A stretch of DNA of 63,997 nt, the filler included, from Choristocarpus tenellus KU-1152 (taxonomy: Eukaryota; Protista; Phaeophyceae), in NCBI GenBank assembly GCA_964200185.2. It is 10 parts of 10 records of this genome, joined end to end, with 100 filler letters (N's around TTAATTAATTAA, not from the genome) between each part and the next. Parts side by side here need not be neighbours in the genome. Positions count along the whole stretch, not along the records: positions 25,480 to 29,318 come from CAXNAD020017634.1; positions 29,419 to 33,841 come from CAXNAD020014617.1; positions 33,942 to 56,356 come from CAXNAD020000285.1; 7 more parts are not named here. The stretch is one strand, 5' to 3'. Positions 25,763 to 37,100 of the stretch are shown piece by piece. A program made the position numbers and the translations under genes. Numbering within the stretch: the stretch's first letter is position 1; each line of letters starts with the position of its first letter. The notes beneath the pieces were generated by a model, which saw only the letters and a list, made by a program, of their open reading frames with translations, had not been told where the DNA came from and did not search any database.

Positions 25763-27038
25763 GTGAAATCAGCAGGGCAAGCTGCACTAGCGAAAGAGGT
25801 TAAGGATGACCTTCGCAGAACGCATTTCTCGTTTGGCAATCACAGCAGTGATTGGCAGACGGATACTATGCGCACTCAGGCAAGTCCAGTAGCAGCTATT
25901 ATGCAATGCAACGGATTTCAACAACAGAAGGCCTTCCTCCTGAGAAAAATTACCAATCTACTGCATGCGCCCAAGTCTTGCAAGCGATCGTATTTTCCCT
26001 ACCCTAGCACTAATACTCCTTTATTCTTGACTTGGCAAGGTACAGGAAATGGAAGTAAAGGAACTCTGAACAATCCCTTGAAGGAATGATGTGTGTATGT
26101 CCCTCGCCACTTTTTGTGCACCTACGTGCGCGGTCTCTGCCCTGTACTAGTCTGTACAGGATACAATATATTTGTGATCACTGGAGAAAACCCGTCCTTA
26201 ATCTCTACATGACCTACTCCACTCTTTGGTAATTATTGATGTAAGTTGTGCCACCTGCTATTCACATTTAATCGAGCTGATGGGTGAGAAAAAAGGTCCC
26301 AATATAACGTTTCTATGGGTGTATACTACAAAGTGTCGATACATACGATTTTGCTCTCTTCTTTATGGTAGATGTACCGATGCACAGAACATTGTTGACC
26401 AGAATCAAACTATATTTTAGTTTCCCATCTCTGTCCCTTTCAGAGGTGATGGTTTGGCATGGGACTACGACCCCTTTCTAAAGAACAATTCAGTGGGGTT
26501 CATCATGACCCATATTATCTTAGAGGGGGAGGTGTTTGGGACATGTTGTCCCTCTGAGTCTTGACGGGGTGTTGTAAGACACCCCAGTTTGTTGCCCGTT
26601 CTGGGTTTGATTTTCCTTCGATTTGGTTCAGGGAAAGGGGGGGGGGAGGATAGAGAAGGAAGGTGTGTTCAAATGAAGGAAATGATCTGACACATTCACT
26701 CAGATAACACGACAATCACTACAGGCTCACAAAGGCCCTGAATCGACACCTGATCCACCCTCTAGGATACTATGAGCCTCGTAGAGTTAGGGTCATGGAT
26801 TTTATCAATACTTCAGACTCGTTTGTGACCTCAACATAATTAACTGTGCATGTGGACTACCTCCTTGACTCCCGCTCCTCCCTCAAACCCCTTTGTCATT
26901 TCACAGAAGGCTTTCTGTGAAGGTCAAGGCTCATCCGGTCCCCAAGATCGTGCTCTGCAGTTAGAAAAGAACAAGGCTCTTAAGAAGCAGCTGCAGAGCA
27001 CCAACTACGAAATTGGTACCGACATGGACTACATGTAG
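25763..27038 (+). CDS. Last two exons of a repeat-containing flagellar microtubule-inner-protein-like gene (SAXO5/TEX45-like motif)
   Basis: Exons 25763-25879 (VKSAGQAALAKEVKDDLRRTHFSFGNHSSDWQTDTMRTQ) and 26907-27038 (KAFCEG...KNKALKKQLQSTNYEIGTDMDYM*), joined in phase 0 by a CAG/GCAAGT...CAG intron; two copies of a K..L..T(H/N)(F/Y)..G repeat. The family call is motif-based. Confidence 0.6.
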
Positions 27039-28118
27039 CAAATCGCACAGTTTTTCTGTAACATATGTCATAGGTGATCTTTACTGGAGTGAGGATTTGA
27101 GGGACAGCAGAATAATAAGATCATGTCAAGTAAATTTGGCATGGATTATGAGGGGAAGGTCTGGTGGGCGACAAGTGCTTGCCATGGCCTCCAACTATGA
27201 AGACAAGGCAAAATTCCTTCTGCAAAGGAACTTGACCTCAAGTCTACAACTGATTATCGTCATCTTCACCTGTCCATTACTGGTCTCTATGGCGCACTTT
27301 TGCTGGTTGAATTGGTGTGCGTCATTGGCAGTCCTCTATGTTTTTCTTGTTCATCCCCTGTGCCATGGAAGAAAATGGACTTGCATACAATGGCGGGGGC
27401 CAAGCCACGTTTTGAACTCAGGTGTATTAGGGTCGGGTCATAGGGGGTGCAAAGATCAGAGGAGGAGGATACATTTGTTCAAATGCCCGCCCAATTTAAT
27501 CATTATGCTGGCAATGGACCAAGCAGGACAGTACTGATTACCCTTCTTTGTTCATAAATAATCAACTAAAGTATACTTCTTGGTTTATACTCTTCATCCA
27601 ACAGAACATTGACAACATTTTCATATGCTAGACGTCATTGACCATGAGCTTTGAGCTACTTGACACACGTTTGAAAAAAATATGGCATGCACATAAAATT
27701 CTCTATGAAGTCAAGGGTGTATGCCAAGACGCTTGTGCATACTCTCTCAAGACAATGCATTCCTTGATCTGATCTTACGAGGAGAGTAGAGGAAGAGATG
27801 TGACATTATAAGAATATATATTTCACACCAAACTTTTGACCACTTGTCCCAAAAGTCAATTTCAAAATGATAATATCAACGTGTACGATGGATCGTGGAA
27901 CAATACTCCCACTACAGCAGTAGTAAGGGGGGATAACCCAATACAGTGATGGTTCCATGAGGTAAATATCTTGAGCATTCAACACGATTGCATCAGGGAA
28001 CTCTTGCAGGAACACCCTACTCTTGAAGAAAGAAAGCCACTAGTGGATATGTGTGTATTTTCTTACGGGAAAATTTTCATATATTATGTGGATAGGTTAA
28101 TTTTCTGGGTTGCAAGAT

Positions 28119-28376
28119 GAGTGAAAGTATCTTAGAGGGTACGAGTTTTGCCCTGTTTGTCCATTTGGGGCTTGGCTTCCCATGGGTTCTTTTATGACAT
28201 TTTTCGTACTTAAATGTGTGTAGGACCAGGTAAAGTGCATATGTTATGAAAAGGTGTCTGGAACATGGATATTGACACTTGCTAACGAACACAATAGTTA
28301 AAATTACATCAAAATCGCAACATTGGATTTTGGCCCCCAAATGGACGCGGCTCTACCCTCTAAGATACTTTGGCTC
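28119..28376 (+). mobile_element. MITE family A, complete copy (258 bp)
   Basis: TIRs GAGTGAAAGTATCTTAGAGGGTA / TACCCTCTAAGATACTTTGGCTC; perfect 4-bp TSD AGAT (28115-28118, 28377-28380); no coding capacity. Confidence 0.92.
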
Positions 28377-29242
28377 AGATGCGCGATTTTGGAGGACCTA
28401 CATGAAGTTGGAGTGTCTGCCTGACTGTGTGTGGCAGAATAGAGCCAGCTTTTGGTCATTGCTGCTCACTCCATAGCATGACAGGGAGCCACACAATCTA
28501 TTTACTTTCCATCTTACTACTCAAGAGGGATCGTTGATGGGTGCTTCTCTTCACTTCCACCCGATGCTGCACACGGCACGAGGTACAGACGAGTATGTCT
28601 TGAAGATATCAACCTGGTTTTTCTCTTCATATCCTTGGTAAATAATATTCCGCAGCATTCTGGCACTGTTTGCCCCTCTGATCACCATCATTATTACCAT
28701 TGTGTTTAGGCCCCCCAAGGTGTGAGAGAAAGTGAATTCAAAGGCAGTTGTACCGAGGAAAACATTTTTGCGTGACCTAATTCCTACCACTCGAAGTGCA
28801 CAACACTAGATTGTCATTCAACTTCTGCGTGGATGCATTGAGGTAAGAACTTCCTTTTAATGGAACCTTCCAGTGCGTCGAAGATGTTGGAGGTTCGAGC
28901 TATGGGATCCAAGCGACTGAGGTAGGAGTGTGGCCTGCACCGCATTTGTGTTGCTGTGTTCGTATCTATGCCACAGACTAACGAGTTGCGAAGATGCTAT
29001 CTCCGTTTCTCCCACCCTGGTGTGCCTTACAACATTTTCTTGTGTGCTTTTCGCAGCACCTCAAGATACAAATCATTTATTTATTGTCAACAAAAGAGCC
29101 AAACCAATTGAGAGGTAGGCAGGTTTGGACCCTTTTGCATTCCAAGCCATACTTCTTACTCTGTGGAATAAACTCAATTTAATGCTTTATGTACTCAATA
29201 GTGCATGTAAAATTGATATTTCCCCTTTACAAACAAAAAGTG

Positions 29243-29318
29243 AACCCAAAGTATCTGGGAGGGGGGGGGTCTACACCAGGGTGTCCATTTGGACCAAAAT
29301 CAGGAAAAGTGCATTTAC
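29243..29318 (+). mobile_element. MITE family B, left part (truncated)
   Basis: AACCCAAAGTATCTGGGAGGGGGGGGGTCTACACCAGGGTGTCCATTTGG. Confidence 0.85.
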
Positions 29319-29760
29319 NNNNNNNNNNNNNNNNNNNNNNNNNNNNNNNNNNNNNNNNNNNNTTAATTAATTAANNNNNNNNNNNNNNNNNNNNNNNNNN
29401 NNNNNNNNNNNNNNNNNNGGGGGGAAATATTGTAACAAAGGTAAAGTTATAATAATGCTCAATTAAATGCCCCAAGTAACATAGGTCATGCCATCATCAG
29501 AGAGTGAATAGGATCAATTTGCCTCTGTAATGCCCTCCCAATCACTTACGCTACATGTTGGAAGTCATTCTGTTAGAAAGCTCTGAGTGGTTCAATTTGA
29601 ATTATCCAGTGACGTATGTTTCATCTCAAAGAGGTAAATAATTATCAAGCCCTTCAAAGAGGTACTCCATACAAAAAATAATGAAGGCTCTTCTTTCTGC
29701 CAAGTTTTTGAACCTGCCCGACTTCCCATTCCCCATCCCCTCCCTACTTGATATTGCTAG

Positions 29761-29762
<2 letters not shown>

Positions 29763-29836
<74 letters not shown>
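29763..29836. repeat. (GT)n microsatellite
   Basis: Long GT run downstream of the RTCB stop. Confidence 0.95.
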
Positions 29837-29838
<2 letters not shown>

Positions 29839-30288
29839 ATTTGCGCGAAATGCGTAAAAGTCTTTTTCTGTTTTACATACAAAAAAAAGTAAAAGCACTT
29901 CAAAGTGTACATCATTACCGATAATAAAAACACACCAGGACTACGGAGGTGAAAACACTCCCTCTTGAGCACAATAAGTCACACGCATTCATTTGCTCTA
30001 TGAACTAATATACATCTACACACAAAAAAAATGTTTATCATCCGTTATATTGCAACAATAACTTAATCGTACCACCATCTTAATTTATAAAAAAAAAAGA
30101 TCAACAAAGTGGAAACCTGCACACCAACTAATAAACGCTTGCCCAGTAAACCTGAAAACTCTTGAAAGAACGACTGCTACTATTGCCACGTCAAGCAAGA
30201 AATGAACCTCAACCCCATCAATATACCACCAATGCCCCTTTCATCCTGCCCAAAGCACAGCAGCACCTCTCCCAAAACAGTAAACTAA

Positions 30289-33200
30289 TCATCCCTTAAT
30301 AACCGACACTGGTCTCAGTTTGATGGCCTTCTTTGATATGCCGGCAGCATGGCACGTGTCCACCACTTCTGTAACGTCCTTGTAGCTCTCTGGAGCCTCC
30401 TCCATCACCAACTTGGGACTGGCCACCCTGATGGAAATGCCCTTGGATGAAAGACCACCCAACACGGCTTCATAGTTCAAGTTTCGTCTTTGCCACAATA
30501 AAAAAAAGGGGGCGGCGAGTCAGGCAGGAAAAAAGAAAGTTCTGTCACTTTTCCTATTAAAAAAAAAAATGGAGACAGGTTGACAACATGCGTTACATGT
30601 GGGGTGACCAATCAAATACCAACACCTTGTAATAATAATAATAATAATAATAATAATTTACTATACATATATATGAAAGAGTCGAGGACCAAAACACCCT
30701 ATAACTTTATTAGCGTAATTATTGACACATCTCAAAACCATTCCACTAACAAATGAACCCAACCACTAATAGCTGCTAGGAAAGATTAAAAAAAAGAAGG
30801 AAGAGTATACATGCAAGATGACAATCGACCAATCATAATATTTTGATTACAAATACGATTACAGATACGATTACAAATACGATTACAGATACGATTACAA
30901 ATACGATTACAGATATGATTACAAATACGATTACAGATACGATTTCGACTGTTCTTCGGTGAGAAGACAACTAACCATACAGCGTTACAGAATGTACAAA
31001 CACGGTTGAATCTCTACCATTCTCCTATATTTATCACCAAAGAAAGAAAAAATCGATGTGCCAAAATCGAAATGCAATTGATTCAATGGGTCAATTTTTT
31101 TTACAAACATAAAACATCTCTCTCACGGCGGCAGCGAGCACCTCGTCTCGTGCGCTGCTCGCACATGGAAGCGTCGGTTTCAATTGCAATTGAATAAAAA
31201 AAAAAACATTTTGTGTCAATATAACCGCACCTCTCTCTATCCATAACGCCAATCAATGGCGAGGAAAATCAATGCCGTTTGAGGAGGAGGCTTCGCTCTC
31301 ATTGCCAAAAAATATACGACCAAGATTTTTTGTTCCACAATACTCAAGGAAGGTCAAAAGAGCCTCTCCTTCAGTAGGACAAGTGGAGGGGTGGGGGGCG
31401 AGTCCTTTTGAGGGATTGGGACAGAGCTAATGCAACCGCTTCACCCAAGCAACCTAGAGAGAGATATCTCAGGTCTCTCTCGTTAATAAATGTGGAAGGC
31501 GACGATCACACGCCTGTACATTGATAAAACAAAAATACAAGAGAGAAATAAAAAAATTATATAAATGTATATATATATATATATATATACCTTTGAAATA
31601 GACCCAGACAGGGCTTCAACAATTTACTTTGTAGTCGAAGTTGTCTTTTCTTGCTTGTGAGTGACAATATGAAAAACGCCTCTCAGTCACAGGATTAACA
31701 CCAAAAAGAGTCGGGAGGAAGATAAAAAAATACCCCCCCCCAAAAAAATGGAGGCGACTGTTTTTGTGCACTCAAGTACGCCGATTGGTCAACCGTTGTT
31801 GTGAACCGCACCCAGTGTTCATCCAATAATAATTACTTTCTCGCTCCATTGGTCAATTGTTATCCGGTCAATTGTTATCTTTGGGCTGCCTGAAGTGAGA
31901 AGGAGCAGTTTTCCCCTCGAGGAAAAAGTACAATGAAGACGCTCTGTTCTGTTCTCGTAACTGTCAAGTAAAAAAGCCCGTGGTAAATTCTGCGTCCAAA
32001 CCCCTCTTAAAAAAAAAGAAAAGAAATAAAAAACTCCAACACACACCGCAGTGCTGTAGTCTTTTGTGTTAATGATAATAACAACGATAATTAAGACGAT
32101 AATAAGAGTGTTACAACAAACAAACAAACAAACAAACAAACAAACAAATAAAAAACCTGAGAATATTCAGAACAGTCAGGAAGGTATTAACCCTCACAGC
32201 TCCCACCACGCACGCTACCACAACACAGCGTTCAAAACATTAAAATAAGAACAAAAACTACACTGCTGTTACAATAGTAGAGTAGCCTCAAAAACATCAA
32301 CAGTAAATACTTCTTGCATTCTAAGACCCCTTCCACAGCACACAAACACGCCTCCACAAACATCTCAAAGCACGAGAAGGAAGGCCGGGAACATAGGCAA
32401 CACAGTACAATTAGCCACGAAGTATCTTAGGGTTAGGGTACAAATTTTGCCGTGTTTGTCCGGTTGGGACTTGACTTCTCACGGGTTTTCTTAAAGATGA
32501 CATTATACCTACTACTCCAAAATGTTTCGCAGTAGGTATAATGTATACCCCACGAAAAGATGTGTCCAGAACAAGGATATTGACACACTCACTTCCCTAA
32601 CAAACACAATAGCCTTAAAAAAATAATCACATCAACATCGCAACATTGGAATTTGCCCCCCAAACAGATGCGGCTCTACCCTCTAAGATACTTTGACTCA
32701 GTACAACTAGCCACAAGTGCAACACGAAGTCAGAAGCAGCTAGTACAAGAAACACCGATGGTGAAGTGTGTAGTGCCTCTGACCACAGGTTGGGATCATC
32801 CCTGACCAGCATGTATTGTGTTTGTGATATCAGTATGTTCTTCCATTATCTTGGTGCTTCTTTGAACCACTCTGGAACTATTTTGTAGCGTTCCTGAGCA
32901 ATAAGTGGCTCCTGAGCAATAAGTGGGAGAGTTTTATTGCTTGAATTGAAGGATCGACGAAATCCACAAATAACATGAATCTTGGTTTGGGCTGGCCCCA
33001 CCCAAATACTAGCCATGGCCAGCGACTGGATAGAACTTTTGACTGTGACTCTTTTATATCCTATTGCAGCCTCAGCCTTGGCCGCAGAGTTATCCACCGG
33101 TGAGCTTAATGCCACAGCTGTCATAACTCCACAGGTGAACCTGAGTGAGGCCTTCGCAGAAGCCGTGGCCCTGCTGGCTATGTAACATTTAACATACCCC

Positions 33201-33488
33201 CCCCCCCGGGCCAACATGCCATTCCCCTCCCACCACTTACCTAGCATTATTCCGACTCTTGGCTCGTCCTGCCCCATGACAGGTGCTCCCAAAGGTCTCC
33301 GACATCCCCCTCTCCGTCCCAGTCAACACATAGCTGCAGGTCCCCATTGTGCCTCCAACAATAACCGGCTGCCCCATGAATTGATAATCAACGGGTATCA
33401 GTGGGTGATGAGGTGGGAATGCCCTAGTAGCCCCCTTTCGATGAACTAGCAATGTCTTCACTTTGCCATCCACCATATGTTGTTCCAC
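30289..33488 (-). CDS. RTCB: RNA-splicing (tRNA) ligase RtcB homolog, last two exons (5' part outside contig)
   Basis: Exons 33488-33241 and 30487-30289, phase-2 GT-AG join: [44 protein letters not shown]...[14 protein letters not shown]...[50 protein letters not shown], the eukaryotic RTCB C-terminus including HGAGR. Confidence 0.97.
30845..30944. repeat. 12-bp tandem repeat with a 24-bp higher-order period
   Basis: Eight units alternating GATTACAAATAC and GATTACAGATAC (one ends in TAT) in the RTCB intron. Confidence 0.95.
32414..32699 (+). mobile_element. MITE family A copy in the RTCB intron
   Basis: AAGTATCTTAGGGTTAGGGTA...GGATATTGACAC...GGCTCTACCCTCTAAGATACTTTGACTC; outermost left bases altered. 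Confidence 0.85.
32884..33187 (-). mobile_element. Putative solo LTR in the RTCB intron
   Basis: 304 bp; minus strand starts TGTTAC and ends GCTACA, with TATAAAA then AATAAA in LTR order. No clean TSD. Confidence 0.4.
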
Positions 33489-33755
33489 CTTGAATTGTCA
33501 CACAAAACACACACACACACACAAAAAGAGATGAAGTATGCAGTGTCTCATTATCTCACATTAAACGAACTGGGTCTGCTGTAACTCTCCCCCTATTCAA
33601 ATGGCTCTTCATACGTATACTACATCAGAATTGTAATAAAAAAAATTTACTCTAATCCTGCCCTTCTTAAAAATGACAAATTTCCCCCTCCCACTCCCCC
33701 CCCCCTCAAAAAAAAGAAGAAACACACCAAGTACTATTCATTTGAACACTTCATT

Positions 33756-33800
33756 TGTGTATGTGTGTGTGTATGTGTGTATGTGTGGGTGTGTGTGTGT

Positions 33801-33836
<36 letters not shown>

Positions 33837-33841
33837 TTGTG
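33756..33841. repeat. Imperfect (GT)n microsatellite
   Basis: GT-rich run at contig end. Confidence 0.9.
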
Positions 33842-33941
33842 NNNNNNNNNNNNNNNNNNNNNNNNNNNNNNNNNNNNNNNNNNNNTTAATTAATTAANNN
33901 NNNNNNNNNNNNNNNNNNNNNNNNNNNNNNNNNNNNNNNNN

Positions 33942-33998
33942 CTCACTCGGTACCACGGTATAACGGTATATGGCATACGGCAATAACGGTATAATAAC
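33942..33998 (+). repeat. Dispersed repeat family C (ATAACGGTAT-rich), probable transposon end
   Basis: Reverse-complement match to 61591-61655 on another contig. Confidence 0.65.
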
Positions 33999-34126
33999 AG
34001 ACAAACATGCATTGAATATTATATACACACATCGTATATCGTATATATTTAGTTGACCGTTTTCTGTGCAAGGATTTTCGAAATTGGTGTTCATCTCACC
34101 TTTGCAAAGGCGAGGTGAAGCTCTAG

Positions 34127-37100
34127 ATGAGAAAGGGGAGTAAAGCAGACATCGATGTCACACCTGATGAAGCTGAGATGAAACTCGTTGGACTACTGGA
34201 CAGCGATGGTGGACTGGCGGTGGTAAGCTTCACTGAGTATAACATGAGTGAAACAGTATGTGGAGTTTGGTCTAGTTCTGTTACTAGAGTATCCATGTTA
34301 TTCCCCAACCATGTCAATCGAACCCGGAACAGGTGGGCCACGTTGAGCCATTCATGCTACTTATGGTAAAGGCGGCTGCAGTTGAGAAACGAGCCCTCTT
34401 CCTTACCGTCATACTGGCTACTGTTCACTCAGCTTGCCTTATCCGCTTCGTGGATTTGGGAGGGCTCAAGGTGCAATGTAAAAGTATCTGGAATTTATCA
34501 TCATCTGGAAGGGCCTCGGTGGTTGAAAAAACTATCACTTCGAGTAGATCTAGAGAGTTGTGTGGATTCAGCTTAAGGCAAACTTCTTGAGAATGCCCAA
34601 GCGAATGCCTACTAAATCGATGGTTTCACGATATTAGCGTCATGTTAGTATAACCACGTCGCCAGACAAGGAGCTAATCTGTCGAGTGGTCAACACACAG
34701 CCTTTTCCGTAGTGGCTCGTCTGGGTAAGAGACACGCAAGAGGAAACGGACTGCAACCGATGGCCCAGCAACAATATGGGTCTGGTTGATAAACGGAGAT
34801 TTGTACCTGGTAGACTTCTCACTTCTGAACATATGGAAGAGACAACCAACAACAAACGTTCTTGCTTCTATTTAGCAGGTTTTGAAACACTGGATCAAGG
34901 ATGCTGCGGAAAATGGCCGTGCAGAGCTCCTGCATCTAACACTTGATGCCGTCAAAGATCTACCGGTTGGTACCACCTTTCTGTTTTTCGATTCAATTGT
35001 CTAAGTACCTTGATTGATGACCCAATGAGATGTGATGTAATGGTGATGCTGCCAGTAAAGCGGGGAATTTGACCGCTTGATCACTTCACTGTTACCAGGT
35101 AACAGAAGAAGCTGTACGCGGAAGCGAAATCGGCAAGACCATCAAGAAACTAAAGCGAGGAGATAGACCAGATCTGGGAGTCGTGACTTCAGTAGACGCT
35201 ATCATTGCTCGATGGACAACAGTCATGCAGTACAATACTAAAGGTTTGCCCTCTCCAAGCAGCAATGTTGCGATCCAGACTTTTTTTAGTTGTGTACAGG
35301 TAGATGGCTGCATGCTGAAAGTTTTGTTGGCGAAAAGGGCGACTTTTCACAAACCTTTTGACCAATTTCTGGGTTTGTAGTGTTCCAGTCAAACTCACCT
35401 TCCAGTGGATAGATACAGGTACCAGGTTTCTTTTAGATCTGTTGGGTCACCCAGACATGAACTCTTTGCGCCTTCACGACACAAGTTTTCCCTGTGGTGT
35501 ACTGAAGAGATAACTTTCTCACTTCCTGCCACAGGACCTACTGGTACACCCCACAATACTAGGTGTAAATGCTAGTGTGGCATATACCTATACATTGATA
35601 TTGCACCATGTGGATCCTAACATAATATTAAGATTGCAGTAAGGAAAACTTTGTGATTATGGGATTAACACAACCCCAAACTGGAAAATGTTTGCAATGA
35701 ACACAATTGGATGAAGGATGAGCCATGTGTCAAAGATAATTATTCAAAATCGTAAAAGAAATTGTTGTAAATGTACTTGAATTTTTCCACGGGAGAATCA
35801 GGAAAACGTCAAGAGCCTTGTGGACAGAGGAGCAGTGGTTCTTGTTTGGTTCTTATTTTATGGTTTTTGAAAACCAGGCCTCACATTGTAGTTTGTTGTT
35901 TGAGGGCAGTTCCAGTGATGTGTTCAAGAATCAGGAGGGAAGTCAATAAAGTGTTGAAAGATGGTACATTCTACCTGCCATGGAACAATAACAAAAGGTA
36001 TTGGCAAACGTAGGTGTAAATGTTGGCCACTATTGGAGGGTCTAACCCAAAGTTGAAAAAGTACAATGTTGTTTTTATGGATCAGCTGGGTGTTATCACA
36101 AGCTAAGGGTTCTGAAGCCATCTGACCACCTATCCCGAGCATTCCTCAGAGGATAAGTATGCCTAACCTTTCCATGGTTGTGAGTATAGATCCGTATTGG
36201 CTAGCACTGAAATCACTGAAATCACTGAAATCTGACCATAAAAATACAGCAACTTTTCATAGCCGGTTCCACTAACATGTGAATTTGCACTGGTGAAATC
36301 TCTGCTCATTCTTGTAAAGGCATGTGCAGATATTCTTTCCTTTCAATTTGTGCATATTTTTGTGTTCCCAAAGGGTGACCTAATTGTCTCCTACATAAGT
36401 CTTGTGTTGTATTTCATCTGCCTGACTTCTGTCATTCTACATGACACTGCAATACCTCATGGGGTGTTTGGTCTGATAATTGGAGCTTGCAGTGGCAAAG
36501 GAAGCTGGAAAGGGATCTGAAAGCAACTTTGGAGCTTTTTCCGAACATGTTGAGCGGGATGAACAGTCCTCTTTACTTGGCAGAGAATACAGAAGTAGAC
36601 CTTGTGTTGTTGGGCCTGCGCAAGATACCATGGATCATGTGGATGAAGGTATTGATATGGACCGTGCAGGGATGCGTCATGGCCTAGACCAGGATCTCTG
36701 TACAGATGAGGTGATCAACTCAAAACTCAGTAAGCAGGCCTTGGACCTATTCTGTTAGGATGCACACTTTTTACACACTTGGAAGAGGTTGCAGTGAGCT
36801 TTACATCCTTTTTTTTCTGTCTCTGCTATGCTGATTACTCTTTTGGGGGCACTTTCTTATGTCCCAAGAATATGTTTGACTACCCGTCCTAGGAGTTGAA
36901 AAAAATGATGTGTGCAAGCTAATTTTAGCTGGTTTTGAGCTCATGGATGCACTTTTGCAATTTGCACACCTTGGAAAAGGTAACTCTCAACACTAACATT
37001 GCCCTACACTGTAGAACACTAGTTATGAAGCATTTGAGTGTAACACTTGTGGAGTTTGATGTACAATATCTGTCCCAGGTAAAACCTAAAACCATTTCAT

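Noticed and set aside
27806-28930. Minus-strand ORFs 27806-28015 and 28551-28790 as a gene
   Set aside because: No phase-consistent exon chain or recognisable motif, and the region is interrupted by a MITE.
30845-30944. CRISPR-like array
   Set aside because: Contiguous 12-bp units with no spacers, inside a eukaryotic intron; no cas genes.
32427-32440. TTAGGG telomeric units (also near 18020)
   Set aside because: Only one or two units; here a variant of the MITE terminus TTAGAGGGTA.
21218-33488. RtcB ligase near a tyrosine recombinase and RT as a linked RNA-repair or defence system
   Set aside because: They lie on different contigs separated by artificial linkers. RTCB is the ordinary intron-containing eukaryotic gene and the RT/YR belong to a retrotransposon.
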